From contig NC_068981.1 in assembly GCF_001194135.2 (NCBI RefSeq), positions 76,610,170-76,674,169 on the forward strand: 64,000 nucleotides of DNA, read 5' to 3'. Shown one piece after another: positions 1 through 12,942 of the stretch. The notes below the pieces were generated by a model, which was not told the origin of the DNA, made no database searches, and saw nothing but the letters and a program-made list of their open reading frames with translations. The position numbers were made by a program, and so were the translations under genes. The DNA is from Octopus bimaculoides (lineage: Eukaryota). The first letter of the stretch is position 1. The number at the start of each line of letters is the position of its first letter.

Positions 1-429
1 TGTGATACTCTTAATAAGATTTAACATGAGAGTGTTCTCGTTTATTTTACTCTCGTCAAAGAAACGTTAGTTGTCTAATGTTGGCTTAGAGAATTTGGAG
101 AAATTCTTCTGAACTTGTTTTAATTGTAGGTAATGGTAGCTATGGATGTATATGTATATTTGGGAATTTAAGTTATTCCTAGAATTCATATCAGTCACTA
201 ACAATGTGGTAGGTCTGTATTTTATGTCAAAACAATTCCCGAGATTTCTGAAGATGTGGGTTAGTTAGTGTACGCTTATGTGTAGTCATATGCGTAGGTA
301 TATTTGATGTAATGTAATGGGTGAGCATGTTTTGTTTCTTCACAACCTTTACAAATGTATGGTGATTCATTGTTCATTATGTACGTTTTTGTGTGACCCA
401 TATATACACGTGATTCACCATATGTTCCT

Positions 430-1180
430 TCACCGATGCTCAAATGGAGATTTCCTTGAATGCTTTACATATTCTATTGATTGTTCTTGGAGGATGCAAA
501 TCAGTTTCATTTGATATTTGCTGGAAAAGCTCGATTTTCCGGGAATCATATTCAAATATATTGTTATATAGCCCAGTGCATATTTAACACTTTGTAGAAA
601 TGAAAATCTATAGCTCGGATACAAAAGCCGTAAGTTTCTCATTTGTTTAATATAGGTGTTTTTATGTAATGTTAGAGTTTAGATATGCATATCCACTGGG
701 TAGCTAAACTCGACAATATTGCACGACTTTTGTTCTCTTTCCTATAAAATAACATCAGACCTATCGTGTTTGTGTTATGTTGATGTTTTTAGTGGAATGT
801 TCCACTAGCATTTGTCATTTTACAGTGTGCTATAACAGAGTGATTCTAGTGATCGTTTGTGAGAGCTATCCTTCCTGCGGATAGCATTGCAAATAGTTTC
901 AGCCACAATGTCATATCTAATAGGGAGATAGTACATTAGGGATATTTTATAACTTCTGATGACGTGGCTGTTATATTCCACACTGGTATGACACAATCGA
1001 CAACGCAAATGTTTAGAGGCTTCCTTACCTCTTTTCTTAATCGAGTATTCTGTAGTTATCTCCTGTCCTTGAATAGCACAGAATTGATGGTTGACATTTT
1101 CTAACTTGCAGGATATGTAACCAAGCATAACTTTTGCCATATAAAAATGAATATATCTTCCTTCAAGTTTGTTTTGGTTC
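430..1180 (-). mobile_element. Degenerate C-terminal part of an RLE-type (R4/NeSL-like) non-LTR retrotransposon
   Basis: ORF 820-1182 reads AIQGQEITT...RCRLCHTSVEYNSHVI..YYLPIRYDIVAETICNA (C-x2-C-x8-H knuckle). Broken frames downstream give WNIPLKTS..KHDRSDVI and MRNLRLLYPSYRF..ALGYI. Same family as 11500-12260. Confidence 0.7.
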
Positions 1181-2699
1181 ACATGGAAAAGCTGTACATT
1201 TATGTACTTTTCAGGAGTTCATCACCTACTCTCATTATTGTTGCTATTGAGTACACAAGTGGTACTCCTTTCTCCCTTTATTGTTCAATAGGTGTTTTCT
1301 ATCTAATATAATGCAGCACTCAAAAGCCGTCTGGACTGGCCTTATATCTCTGTCTCCATCCGTCTATGAGTGTCGTTGTCGATAGGGGAGTTGCCAATGG
1401 TAGTTAGTGTCCTCCTTGTTATGATGTACAGGTTTCAGGTCTCTTCAAGAGCCTAATCTGGCATCTTAAATGCATTATATATGTATGCATGAATGCACCT
1501 GTGTGCGTAAGCATGTATCTATGTAAGCATGTATGTATGTATTTAGGTAGTTGTGCATGTGCAGATGTAGCTTTATTTTTCAAATTTCTTACTAATAGAA
1601 AATGAAATGCAGTGAAATTCAGAAACAAGATTCTTTCATTTAATTTAGAGAACAGCAACTAGATAACCATGTAGGAATTGTCTACATATCTGCATACATA
1701 TGCATGTGTGCATGCGCGTATAAAAAGAGTGTGCAAATCTTTATATGTTAGCCTATGTACAAAGCAGACACATACATGCATATAACATTTGAATGACCAT
1801 ACATGAGCATATGCACATGATACACAGTTCACTTCTAGATTGTTTTAGATATAATTACAGTTCGATTAATGGCATGTAATTGTAATTTTGTAATTGGCCG
1901 TGTCTTTTCTGATTTGTGAAGTTCAATTTCTCAGCAACGGCGCTGAGAAAGTTAGCTCATAACAAAGTTCCCAGTGATCAAAATTATAAATCTAAAGTCG
2001 TTGTTCGAATGTAGTAGCATCTGCAGATTTCTCATTAATTTGACATATGTATTTTCTTTCTCTTTTATCTTCAATGTGCTAAACATCGGCTGGGCAACTG
2101 ATTCGACAGCTGTGCACTCTTACTTTACTCTGTCCCACTTCATTGTTTCGTGATTTGTACGGAACTTTAGACAAGTATATGACACCAGCATACTTTTAAA
2201 TTAAGAATGTGTATACTCTCCAAGTATTGTATTTAAAGTTTACGACATTACTTCATGCTTCATAGGCAGTTACATCGTGGTGACATTTCTGGATACTTGT
2301 TTGTGGCTTGGGTTATATATTCTGTATTAACTATACAGTGTCTGATAGTTTTACATTCAGTTTTTATCCATCCTTCAGGTTTTGAACATTTGGTAATTTG
2401 TTATTTTCTGTTCCTTTAATGCAAGGAATGAACTAATATAATCATTGTAGGTCCAATATATAGTGTCAATGTTACTGTCATTCCGAAGGATTTTAACAAA
2501 AGTGAAACGTAAGAATTTCTGCTCGAAAACAGAAAGATCATGCACAATAGATTTATTGTCGGTTTGATGTCATTGTTCTCAATTGTTCACTCAAGTAGAA
2601 TAGAATACCGCCGATTCGTTAATTACTATGTAAGAACCTGAATAATATTATAGACACGTATCGTGGAATTCTCACAAAAAATAATGGCAAAATATATTA

Positions 2700-2870
2700 C
2701 AAGAAAGAGGTCTTGAATTACAAGCATAATCCGTTCTACGAACGTCTATATACAGTTTATACCTTCCCAATTTAATTCACAAGGCTTGATCGACTGGTGG
2801 CTATGGTAAAAAGCATCACACTCAAAATGGAATCAGGATAGAAAATCAAACTTCTTAGTCATTCAGCAAA
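2700..2870 (-). mobile_element. Highly decayed head of SINE family B
   Basis: tcacaaggcttgatcgactggtggctatgg and caaacttctta resemble the reverse complement of the SINE head at 57465-57620. Confidence 0.35.
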
Positions 2871-4841
2871 TCCATGCATGTACATGTGATCTATGTCAGG
2901 TCTTTGTTGATTTGCAGGCGTTATAGAAGGGATCGGCCTTCACTCCTCCAATAGATTGGTGTGGTTTGGTCTGGTAGTTAGTAGATGCTATAGAATCGAA
3001 AGAATGTAACTTTCAATGGCTCTGCCTCCTTTTCTTCTTTTAGGCACAGACACTAGAGATATAGAAATTTCTGGTAGCAGTCTTTGAGGTTTAAAATAAA
3101 ATTCTGGTCTAAGTGAGTAGCTCAAATGTTGTTATGAGTGTTGACAGTAAACAGATTGTCGGTCATTAATTCATTGCATATAAGAAAGCTTTGAATATAA
3201 GATCCTTCAATCCATTTGTAATTTCCCTTAGTTTGTCTTTTTTTTAATTACAAATGCCTTCTACAATAGATTTCATCTATTCTTAGGTACTACAAGCGTT
3301 CTGTGTGGGTTGTCGGAGAAGGGATTTAGCTAATGACTGAGCTGCTGTTTGACTAGCTTGTAATTTTTCCTTCTTTTACAAACTGTTAAGAGCATTTCTC
3401 TTGACGAAGCTCCAATTCTGTGTCTTTTCAAAGAGTCATAAGGTGAAATCTCTTCTTCCTATCGTTCATATTTTTGGCATATGAATTCAGCTCGTCCACA
3501 AAGAAACCATGTGTTAGGTTACATGCGTCTACCTTTGAGCTAATCACATATTCTTCAGATTCTCTGAACATAAACTATAAGGATCTCAATGAAAATGTAA
3601 ACAGCTTCACAGAGTCAAGTACCTTAAATGTTTAAAAATTATTGCATGACATCACTTTCTAACACCCTTTCATAAACGAATGTTTTCATTTCGTTTATTT
3701 GTCAGCTCAATTTTTCCGTCTCTACTACAATAAATGATCATTAAAAAGATATATATATATTTTGTTTTTCATGAAATACTATTCATAGTTTTGTCCCACC
3801 TTCCCCACTCCCTGCTCGACGTTATAAGTACTATTTATCTATTTATTTCCTTATTTGTTTGGAATTCGTCTTTTAAATAATATCCTCATTATTTTTGTAA
3901 GATATATTTCGTAAGCTCTTTTATTTTTGAACACCAAATACATTCAACGAAATTCGAGTACCGTATCCCATTTCTTTTCCTTACAATGCTGCAATACAAT
4001 TTATCTTATTTACTTTTAAATTATTTTATTTTTCCGCTTGCCTGCTGTGTGATTTGATATGTTCTGTCGGCTGCTTTCTCTGTTCTGTAAATCATTACTT
4101 ATTAAGACACGTTCCGCTACATCAGATATAATGAAAGAAGACAGCTTAAACAATAAAGTTGAAATTTCTTCATATTAAAATAAAAACTATAAGTATGTCT
4201 ACAAATAACTCTAAAATTAAGACCGGATTTATCGAGACTCATTGCACAATACCAACTATTGTACAAACGACCTGATACGTATGAGATTTGGCTTAAGGCT
4301 TTTCAGAGAACAACCAATTGGTGGTACAACAGACGACTGCTGAAAAGTTCGACAGACCATTGAAAGATGTGAAGAAAATAACGATTTTCCATTGCACCAA
4401 TCGGTCGATGAAAGGTGGACTTGCTCCATAAGTGTTCTTCCATTTTATTGAATTATGAACTTTTTGTCTCCTCTATGTTGACTGACCAGTATTCGTCTCG
4501 CCGGAGCATATGTAAACACTGAGAACCGAAATTGTGCGCAATCAGTTCATCATAACTTTTTCCAAAAGTAAAACTTTTGCACAGCACGACTGTACATTTT
4601 ATGAGGTGGAATTGAATTGAAATTTGTGTAAACAATGCTTTGATGGCAAACAAAAATGTGAGCAGCCTGAAATTAATGGTTAAGGTCTCTTTAACTTCAG
4701 GAACATAAATTTTGTAGAGGAAATGTAGACAAAATGATTAATAGAAAATAAAAAGCAGAATGCTCAAGGTAGAAAAATTAAACTAACGATAGTGAACGTT
4801 TTAAAAAGTAAAAAGAAATTCATGAACATCTTATAGAAATA

Positions 4842-5053
4842 CAGGGTGTCCACAAGGTCTGGGTACATGGAGTAGATAAAGTCATAACATAAACAACTAA
4901 ATATAAGAAATAATAATTTCTTAAAGTATGTTTTAATCCCCATGTGGCTACATGGACTAAATAAAATCATAACATAAACAATTAAATATAAGAAATAATA
5001 ATTTCTTAAAGTATGTGTTAATCCCCATGTACCCAGACTTTGTGGACACCCTG
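4842..5053. mobile_element. Tc1/mariner-type MITE, 212 bp, with tandemly duplicated core
   Basis: 29-bp TIRs CAGGGTGTCCACAA(G/A)GTCTGGGTACATGG match 28/29. TA on both sides (4840-41, 5054-55). Internal repeat of about 82 bp with an 85-bp period. Confidence 0.9.
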
Positions 5054-5150
5054 TATATCTAAGATCGATGTGTTCGAAGTCCTTTCAGTCTCGTTTATTT
5101 CTTGACAAGATTTGAAAGTAAATTTATTATCCAATATGTACTGCTCAGGA

Positions 5151-5368
5151 AAGCGGCAAACTGGCAGTATCGTTACCACCCTGCACAAAATGCTTATCGG
5201 CATTTCGTCCGTCTTTACGTTCTGAGTTCAAATTCCGCCGATGTCGATTTTGCCTTTCATCCTTTCGGGGTTGATAAAATAATTACAAGTTGAACACTAG
5301 AATTTATGTAATCGACTTACCCCTACCTCCGAAATAGCTGGTCTGGTGCCAAAGTTTGAAGCCAACAT
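5151..5368 (+). mobile_element. tRNA-derived SINE, family A
   Basis: Head gcggcaaactggcagtatcgtt, B-box-like gagttcaaattcc, body gcctttcatcctttcggggttgataaaat...atgtaatcgactt. Homologous to copies at 19.5, 22.0, 36.3, 36.5 and 54.7 kb. Confidence 0.85.
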
Positions 5369-5543
5369 ATATTGCTCAGCAATTTCTGCTAACATTTCTA
5401 GAATTGAAACAATGAATAAAGAGGGAATTTAAAATTTTATTCTTTAACATTAAGTTTAAATAAAGAAAGCACATATTAATGTTTCTTCATTTATGAACTA
5501 ATGTTGAACAGGAAACAGAAATGAACATAGTCTTCTGTAATAC

Positions 5544-5643
5544 AGTTCTATATTTAAGAGATGAGGAATTATGTACATTATTTACATTTGACGGATATTT
5601 GTGCTCATTTTGTTCGTTGTTAACACAACGTCTCGGCTAATAT
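5544..5643 (-). mobile_element. 3' end of the hammerhead-bearing PLE-type repeat (second copy of the 31-kb family), cut by a gap
   Basis: Minus strand reads TAGCC GAGAC GTT GTGTT aacaacgaacaaaatgagcacaaatatccgtcaaatgtaaataatgt acataattcctcatctcttaaatatagaact. It aligns with 31018-31082 and, inverted, with 31243-31275. Confidence 0.75.
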
Positions 5644-5989
5644 NNNNNNNNNNNNNNNNNNNNNNNNNNNNNNNNNNNNNNNNNNNNNNNNNNNNNNNNN
5701 NNNNNNNNNNNNNNNNNNNNNNNNNNNNNNNNNNNNNNNNNNNNNNNNNNNNNNNNNNNNNNNNNNNNNNNNNNNNNNNNNNNNNNNNNNNNNNNNNNNN
5801 NNNNNNNNNNNNNNNNNNNNNNNNNNNNNNNNNNNNNNNNNNNNNNNNNNNNNNNNNNNNNNNNNNNNNNNNNNNNNNNNNNNNNNNNNNNNNNNNNNNN
5901 NNNNNNNNNNNNNNNNNNNNNNNNNNNNNNNNNNNNNNNNNNNNNNNNNNNNNTTTCTGAACTTCCGATCTAAGAAAAAAGAAAATTAA

Positions 5990-6277
5990 TGTTTCATCTT
6001 TTGCCTATTTCTGTCATTAGACATTTCTTTGAAGAATTTTTAGTCGGTTGTATCGACTCCAGTATTTATTTTGTTTTTAAAGCCTTGTATTTATTCTATC
6101 GGTTCTTTTGCCGAGCCGCTAGGTTATGGGGACGTAAAAACACCAGCACCGGTCAAGTAGTGGGTGTTGAACAAACACACACACGTTTATATATATACGA
6201 CGAGCTTTTTTCAATTTCCATCTACCAAACTCCACTCACAAAGCTTTGGTCGACCCGAGAGTCTAGTAAAAGACTCC
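5990..6277 (-). mobile_element. 3' part of a family-B SINE whose head lies at 8995-9027
   Basis: Minus strand gtcttttactagactctcgggtcgaccaaagctttgtgagtgg...gctcgtcg(TA/TG)n...ccggtgctggtgtttttacgtccccataacctagcggctcggc aligns with the full copy at 57465-57890. Confidence 0.85.
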
Positions 6278-7144
6278 AAACGAATGACTCTCTTGAGGGC
6301 GAACCACCACCGGCTATTAACCACAGCGCCGGTTAACGCCCTCTGTACTAATTCCTTAATCCAGCTACAGTATTCGTCGCAAGTCAAAATAGACTTGTTT
6401 ATCTTCCAGTAGCCGGATCCTCTCTTAACTGTACTATCTATGTCCAATTTACACTTAACCATTCTATGGTCAGTGTAAGCTACTTGGACAAGCTGTGGAC
6501 AGCTAAAACTATCCTTATCTCTTGTTCTTATCGCTATTCTCTCTAAGTAAGACTTGAGCCTTCTGTCGCCATTAATCCAGGTTCACTCTGGGACGTTCGG
6601 ATGGTCAAGCCTGTAAGAATCTGCTAGCTGAAAGCGCTTAAGCAGATCTACTAGGCGTGAGTTTGCTTTTCTACTAGTCGAGCCAACAACGCTATCGATG
6701 CGTGCGTCAACGATAGCGTTAAGATCTCCCAACGCCACTAATGTCTTCGACGTCATGAGAAAGTTCTCTAGGTGCTGATAAAAATCAGTTTGAAATCCTC
6801 TGGCACAAGGTGCATAGATCCCGATCAACATGAAGGCCTTACTGCTGTATGTCACATCAAGGACGACTAGCCCACCTTCTAGGTCTACATTGACTGTACT
6901 TGTCTGCAGAGTCAAGCCTTTTCGGATCAGTACAACTACACCACTCGACCTCCGGTCTGGTCTGGAGACATGATTTTCTCATAGTCATTCAAGAGGGCGA
7001 GAAGGTTTGTAAACTGTCCAGCTTGGTCTCTGTAGCAACCATCACATGCATAACGTGTGATCTGAGGTCGTCGAGGAAACAGGCTTTCTTCCACTTCCAG
7101 CTCAGACCACGCACATTCAAACATCCAAGTTTAAGTACAGCCAT
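6278..7144 (-). pseudogene. Disrupted apurinic/apyrimidinic-type endonuclease domain of LINE ORF2
   Basis: Motifs listed for 6278-8994 are spread over several frames with stops and frameshifts (ORF track 6936-7124, 6583-6915, 6211-6462). Confidence 0.85.
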
Positions 7145-8994
7145 TAAAACAATGGGGAAAATATCAAGGACTCTACTTACCCTTAACTGGTTATGTTGGT
7201 GCTGATCTCACAACACGTGAGGCAGCCCCCTGCTTCTCCTTCTTCTTCAAATAGCTGGGCAGGTCCAAAATCCTCCTGATGGTCTTTGGATGCCTCACCT
7301 TCATTTGCCTATATAGTGTTTCACCTATCCAGGCGCACTTCTCGTTTAAATCCCTGTGTTGTGGGAAAAGTTCAGTAATGTGGTGTCCTATTATAATTTG
7401 ATCTACATATTGATCCTTGGTATTATATTCTACCCACATTTTAGTTTCTTTTTTCCCGTCTTTTCCTGGGGCAATGGGGCGAGGCTTTTTTTATTGTTTG
7501 TGGTGAGGTGCTGCTTTCTTTCTCTTTTGTGGGGGATGTGGATGGGGAAAGTTCGTGAGTTCGTTTCCGAACTACCGTGAACTCCCCCTCGACCACGTCC
7601 ATGGTGTCGTCTGGGGGAGTTATGCGTTCTGGTGCCACTTTAAAGGGGGTGAGTATATTTGGTGTTGTTGGGGCTTGTGTTTGCATGGGTTGGATTTTTT
7701 GGGTATCATGTTTAGGGGCNNNNNNNNNNNNNNNNNNNNNNNNNNNNNNNNNNNNNNNNNNNNNNNNNNNNNNNNNNNNNNNNNNNNNNNNNNNNNNNNN
7801 NNNNNNNNNNNNNNNNNNNNNNNNNNNNNNNNNNNNNNNNNNNNNNNNNNNNNNNNNNNNNNNNNNNNNNNNNNNNNNNNNNNNNNNNNNNNNNNNNNNN
7901 NNNNNNNNNNNNNNNNNNNNNNNNNNNNNNNNNNNNNNNNNNNNNNNNNNNNNNNNNNNNNNNNNNNNNNNNNNNNNNNNNNNNNNNNNNNNNNNNNNNN
8001 NNNNNNNNNNNNNNNNNNNNNNNNNNNNNNNNNNNNNNNNNNNNNNNNNNNNNNNNNNNNNNNNNNNNNNNNNNNNNNNNNNNNNNNNNNNNNNNNNNNN
8101 NNNNNNNNNNNNNNNNNNNNNNNNNNNNNNNNNNNNNNNNNNNNNNNNNNNNNNNNNNNNNNNNNNNNNNNNNNNNNNNNNNNNNNNNNNNNNNNNNNNN
8201 NNNNNNNNNNNNNNNNNNNNNNNNNNNNNNNNNNNNNNNNNNNNNNNNNNNNNNNNNNNNNNNNNNNNNNNNNNNNNNNNNNNNNNNNNNNNNNNNNNNN
8301 NNNNNNNNNNNNNNNNNNNNNNNNNNNNNNNNNNNNNNNNNNNNNNNNNNNNNNNNNNNNNNNNNNNNNNNNNNNNNNNNNNNNNNNNNNNNNNNNNNNN
8401 NNNNNNNNNNNNNNNNNNNNNNNNNNNNNNNNNNNNNNNNNNNNNNNNNNNNNNNNNNNNNNNNNNNNNNNNNNNNNNNNNNNNNNNNNNNNNNNNNNNN
8501 NNNNNNNNNNNNNNNNNNNNNNNNNNNNNNNNNNNNNTGTGACATTTTCAATTGCCACCGCGGCAACTACCGAAAACTTTTTCACTGGCTCCTCCAGCTT
8601 ACTTTTTTCATGAATTATTTCGACCGATATACTCGGCCGAAATTAATTCTTCACACAAAAAAAAATATTTTAAAATTTCCTAAAAAGGGAGACCTATGAT
8701 AGGTTTTCTTTTCCAACAGTTCAAATCCAACCCCCACTGGGGGAACGGTGCAACAATAAAGCCCACAACGGTATTTACAAGTTCAATCCTCAAACAAGCA
8801 ACAACTAACAATTGCCAAAGTGGCTTTGCAAAAAAATCCAATTTCCGCTTCCCGCCACCGGAAAACAGCTCAGAAACGTGCAAAGTTCAACGCAACAATG
8901 GCACACGGTTAACAAATCCAATGATGAATAAATTCAGCAATCAACAAAACATCCGACTTACATACAAGCAAAAAGCACGTCCAGCACCGGAAAT
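6278..8994 (-). mobile_element. Tx1/L1-clade LINE, 5' half: 5'UTR, ORF1 (mostly in gap) and APE endonuclease; RT missing
   Basis: ORF2 starts at ATG 7144: MAVLKLGCLNVRGL..ATETK, IGIYAP, GDLN, DSYRLDHP, SYLDRI, YTDH, GSGYWKINKSIL. These are APE motifs plus the G-x-WKxN motif of Tx1/L1. ORF1-like start near 8600 (KKFSVVAAVA). Confidence 0.85.
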
Positions 8995-9027
8995 GGAAGC
9001 AAGCTTCTTACCGCACAACCATGCCTG
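8995..9027 (-). mobile_element. 5' head of the family-B SINE split by the Tx1 element
   Basis: Minus strand caggcatggttgtgcggtaagaagcttgcttcc versus tgtggctgtgtggtaagaagcttacttcc at 57465-57493. Confidence 0.8.
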
Positions 9028-9249
9028 AAATGAAATACATACAAAACCAGAATCAGTAAATTCACTTTCTGTGAGTAACTTTACTCCAGGTTCTGAGTAA
9101 ATTTACTTCATGATAAATTTAGAAACCCCTGATTAAGAGATAATTTGAGAGAGAACTATGTAAAGGACCAGATTGTGGTTTGAAGTATATGTCACAAATA
9201 ATAAAATAAATTCCAAAACAAAAATTCTAGTATTGAATATGTTAGCTGA

Positions 9250-10330
9250 AATTGCAACAACCAATACAGATAAAGCAGAAGATTTTAATAAGTGATTATA
9301 TTAGTGTGACTGATAACAGTAGAAATCCACCGATAAATCATTACTTTTGATTTTGTCAATTCTACTTTATAAATTTTCTTCTCAACCTGATAATTTTCTA
9401 GCAGAGTTTTAAAGAAGCCTAGCCTATGAATTGGCTTATCTTTTTACCACTCTTGTTTAAGTTTGGTTTTAATCAGAGAGAATTAACTTTCTGCTTGAAC
9501 TCAGTCTAGAAGTTCCAATGCATAAAAAGTCATCAATGCTTGAGGTAGAAAATTATCGGCTTATTAGCTTGATTTGATTTTATGTAAGGTTGTGAAAATT
9601 CTAATTAAGGAAATTTCAAACGATTTCTAAAATGTAGAACAACGTTGTTTTTTAAAATAAAAATCAAATCAACATTATCTCAATTATTGCTATGTATCAA
9701 CAAGTAAAGTAAATCTATTGATGGACGAGACTTAAATGCCGACTACGTAGATTTTGTTAAAGACTATCATACTGTATCTCACAAAAAATTCCATTCATCT
9801 TTTAGTGTTTCTTTTATCGGTAAATTGGGTGATTGGCTTAAATCTTTTTCTTCTCAATAGAACTCAAAACATTATGATTAATAAAGGCTTATCGCAAAAA
9901 TGTAATTTAATTTCATGTATTTGTCCAAAATAATAAAATAGGTCTAATAAAATTATCGTTTACTTCTAAGAAGTATAGTGACAAGTTTGATCGTGTCGCT
10001 AATATAATTAGTTTATATTACTTGACGACTGAACTGCAACTTGCCTTATCTATTTATATGTATCATATACTATGCTTTGAAAATAACAATACAAAGACAA
10101 CGTGTGATATTGTAGGTATAAATCTAGATGTATTTATGAGTAACTATCACAGTTTTTGGTACACAACATTAATAAAACTAAGATAGCCGTTATACGAATG
10201 AATTGTCAGTTCTGATATTTATAACTTCAGATAAAGACTTCATAAACTGTTTTAATGCATTTAGTCGTATACTGGAATATGTTTGGTTTCTTTATTATGA
10301 AAAAGATCGAATCTAGCTAAAGACAATTTA
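9250..10330 (+). mobile_element. Old CR1/L2-group LINE reverse-transcriptase remnant
   Basis: Broken frames give PDNF..VLKE, VPMHKK, ENYRLISL, DYVDFVKDYHTVSHKK (from YxDFxKAFDxVxH), GKLGDWLKSF..NRTQ and ILEY..W. Confidence 0.6.
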
Positions 10331-11499
10331 CTTGTGGAATTCTTTAAATAAAATACATGATCGTTTGATCATTTGACACAAAAGAATTACGATACACTTA
10401 ATAGTCGTTAAATTGAAGCATACCTTATCATATTCTTCAGAATTGTATATAGACATATCGATTAAATTGTATGATTTTCCGCATATAGTACAGTAAATAC
10501 GCGATGGATTGCAGTTCATTCAAGAATATAACCGTTTAGACTGTCAAACGGATTACTTCTTCCTCGATCAAATATATTTTGGAATGTTTGCGGAGCCAAT
10601 ATTGTTTTACATTCAGCACTCAATGCATTTTGTATCGAGTGGGATAAAATAACCTAACACCTATTGAATATAATGGTTAGCTATAAATGTTATAAGTATC
10701 ATTACTAAATAAAATGATAAAATACATTAATTAAATTAATCAGTCTAATGTATTTCGTGTAAGATATAAGTCACTTACACAATTCTACCTTCATGAACAC
10801 ACATTCTTGTTAATCATTATTTGAAATTGAAAAAAAAAGTTTTTGTCATTATCTTAATATTTAATGCCAACTCTAGCTATCTTCAGCGTACATTTTACAT
10901 GACTTAACTTACTGTTTGATTTTTTTTGTGGTGTTGGTGGTGGGGGCAGTGTACTATGTAGATGTATATGTACGTATGTAATCACGTTTCATCTGTAAAT
11001 ATATATTTACCTATACATTCGTATGTATTCATATAATTGTCTCAGTGAATTTGTATGATTTGACTTATCCGTATGTGCATATATATATGCTCGTATGTAT
11101 ATACACACGTATGTACACTTTGGATGCTTCTACTTGAGTTTACATTTCCATTAATAAATTCTGTGATTGTAATATTTTAATAAGTCCCGTACTTTCTTCT
11201 CTGGAAAAGCCTGACTTCTTGTAAATGTTACCAACGCATTTAGTTACATAAACATGTTCTCAATAATCACTGGCATAAATCTGAAGTTATAGTTCGGGTG
11301 TAGTGTCTGCAGATGTATGTATATATTTATGTTTGCGTTTGTAGGCATGGAAATATCACGTGAAATTCGTGAAATTGCCAATCTCGGTTTAAATAAATAC
11401 GCTACCAAGTTCTACATACGTAAATACTTGCATTCATGCATGCATACATGTTTTTATATTTATATACATGAATGCATATACATTGAACTCCTGAAGAAG

Positions 11500-12260
11500 C
11501 AGTCACTCCATGCCAACCCAGAAGTACAGGACAAGTTTAACTCAGTAAAGAATGGAAAGAGTAACAGTCTGAGTTCCGCAAAAACATTATGCATGGGTCT
11601 GTTTCACGCACACTTGAGGAGAATAATAACATTAAAATGAAGTGTAAACTCTCTTGGACTCATGAATGCTACATTGCATCACATCTTGAAGGTTATACTT
11701 TTGAAATCCAAAAGCAAGAAATATCCACAAAATGCCTAGCGAACAAACGATACAATGAAGCTGTCTCAAGATTCAGCGTAAATGTCGATTATGTCACTTT
11801 TCTGTGGCGGATATAACATGTGTAGTCAGCAGATGCGCAGAAATGTCATCAAGGTACAACATCCAACTGTAACATGGTGCTGCTAAAACAATACGCAACG
11901 CTGTCCGTACAAAAGAGTGACCAGTGATAAATGTAATCAACACCTTTGCTAAAGAATACATAACACAAGGAATAGTGGTGGAACATTTCCATCAAAATTT
12001 CTACCAAGCGTAAACAACAAACCTAAAGTAGTTATCTGAGTGTAAGAAGAAATTTCGTTATAGTCTCAGAAGTCAGCTTCCCTGAGGATGTGGGTGTCTC
12101 ATACAAAATAAGCAAGAAATATTTATGGACAAGTGCTTCGAAAACTGCAGTTCCGCTAGTTATTTACAATTTACATCCATACTCATAAATATTGGTGCAA
12201 TTTGGCTACGTTAGTAAATGTTTAAGTGGGAATCTGGAAAAGCTAGTATTTTCCAGCCAA
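11500..12260 (+). mobile_element. Degenerate C-terminal part of an RLE-type non-LTR retrotransposon
   Basis: MHGSV..SWT..YIASHLEGYTFEIQKQEISTKCLANKR, then CRLCHFSV.D in another frame, WWNISIK..NKPKVVI and GAIGYVSKCL-like motifs. Confidence 0.7.
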
Positions 12261-12899
12261 AGAAATAAACAGGCTGTTAAGCATTTTACACACACTTATC
12301 GTAAGGGGCACACTAAAAATGCTTTATCTAAATTTCGACATGTAATACTTGTTATTGTTATTCAATTCCCAACGATACATCATTATTTCTCAGAAATCAG
12401 CCCTTTTCTTCTAGAAAGTAGGCTTATAAAATATAAGCAAGAAGACCTACAACTATTCATACACACACACATATACGCAGAAAATTTCTATAGCTATATC
12501 TACAAACGTGGTTTGATTTCACTACAACATATCTACCATGAATTATCAGAATTACTGGATTAGTTTAAGATGTAAAAAGGAAAACAAAAGCAGGAACGGA
12601 TGTTATCTGATGTTTTCAGAATATGTGGATCCTAATATTTAAACAAATCTGAGTAAAAATACCAATAGCAAGTCATTGGTTTGTGAAAATCATTATTGAG
12701 CTGGTAGAAATGCACTCAGAAATATATTCACTACAACTGCACTGAATTTGGGTGAGATATAAAACAAATGAATTACCCATCAAGTGTGATATGACAATTT
12801 AGATTGGTAACACTGGACATTATCGTGAATTTCAACTGAAGTCGTATTTGAAGGTTCATAAGAGCAATGCTTCACAGTACATGCTATATTTAGACTTAG

Positions 12900-12900
<1 letters not shown>

Positions 12901-12942
<42 letters not shown>

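Noticed and set aside
4230-4460. MULE-like transposase trace (RTTNWW)
   Set aside because: One short motif with no supporting frame.
8696-9028. 110-aa + strand ORF
   Set aside because: It is the antisense of the Tx1 5'UTR and SINE head; no protein features.
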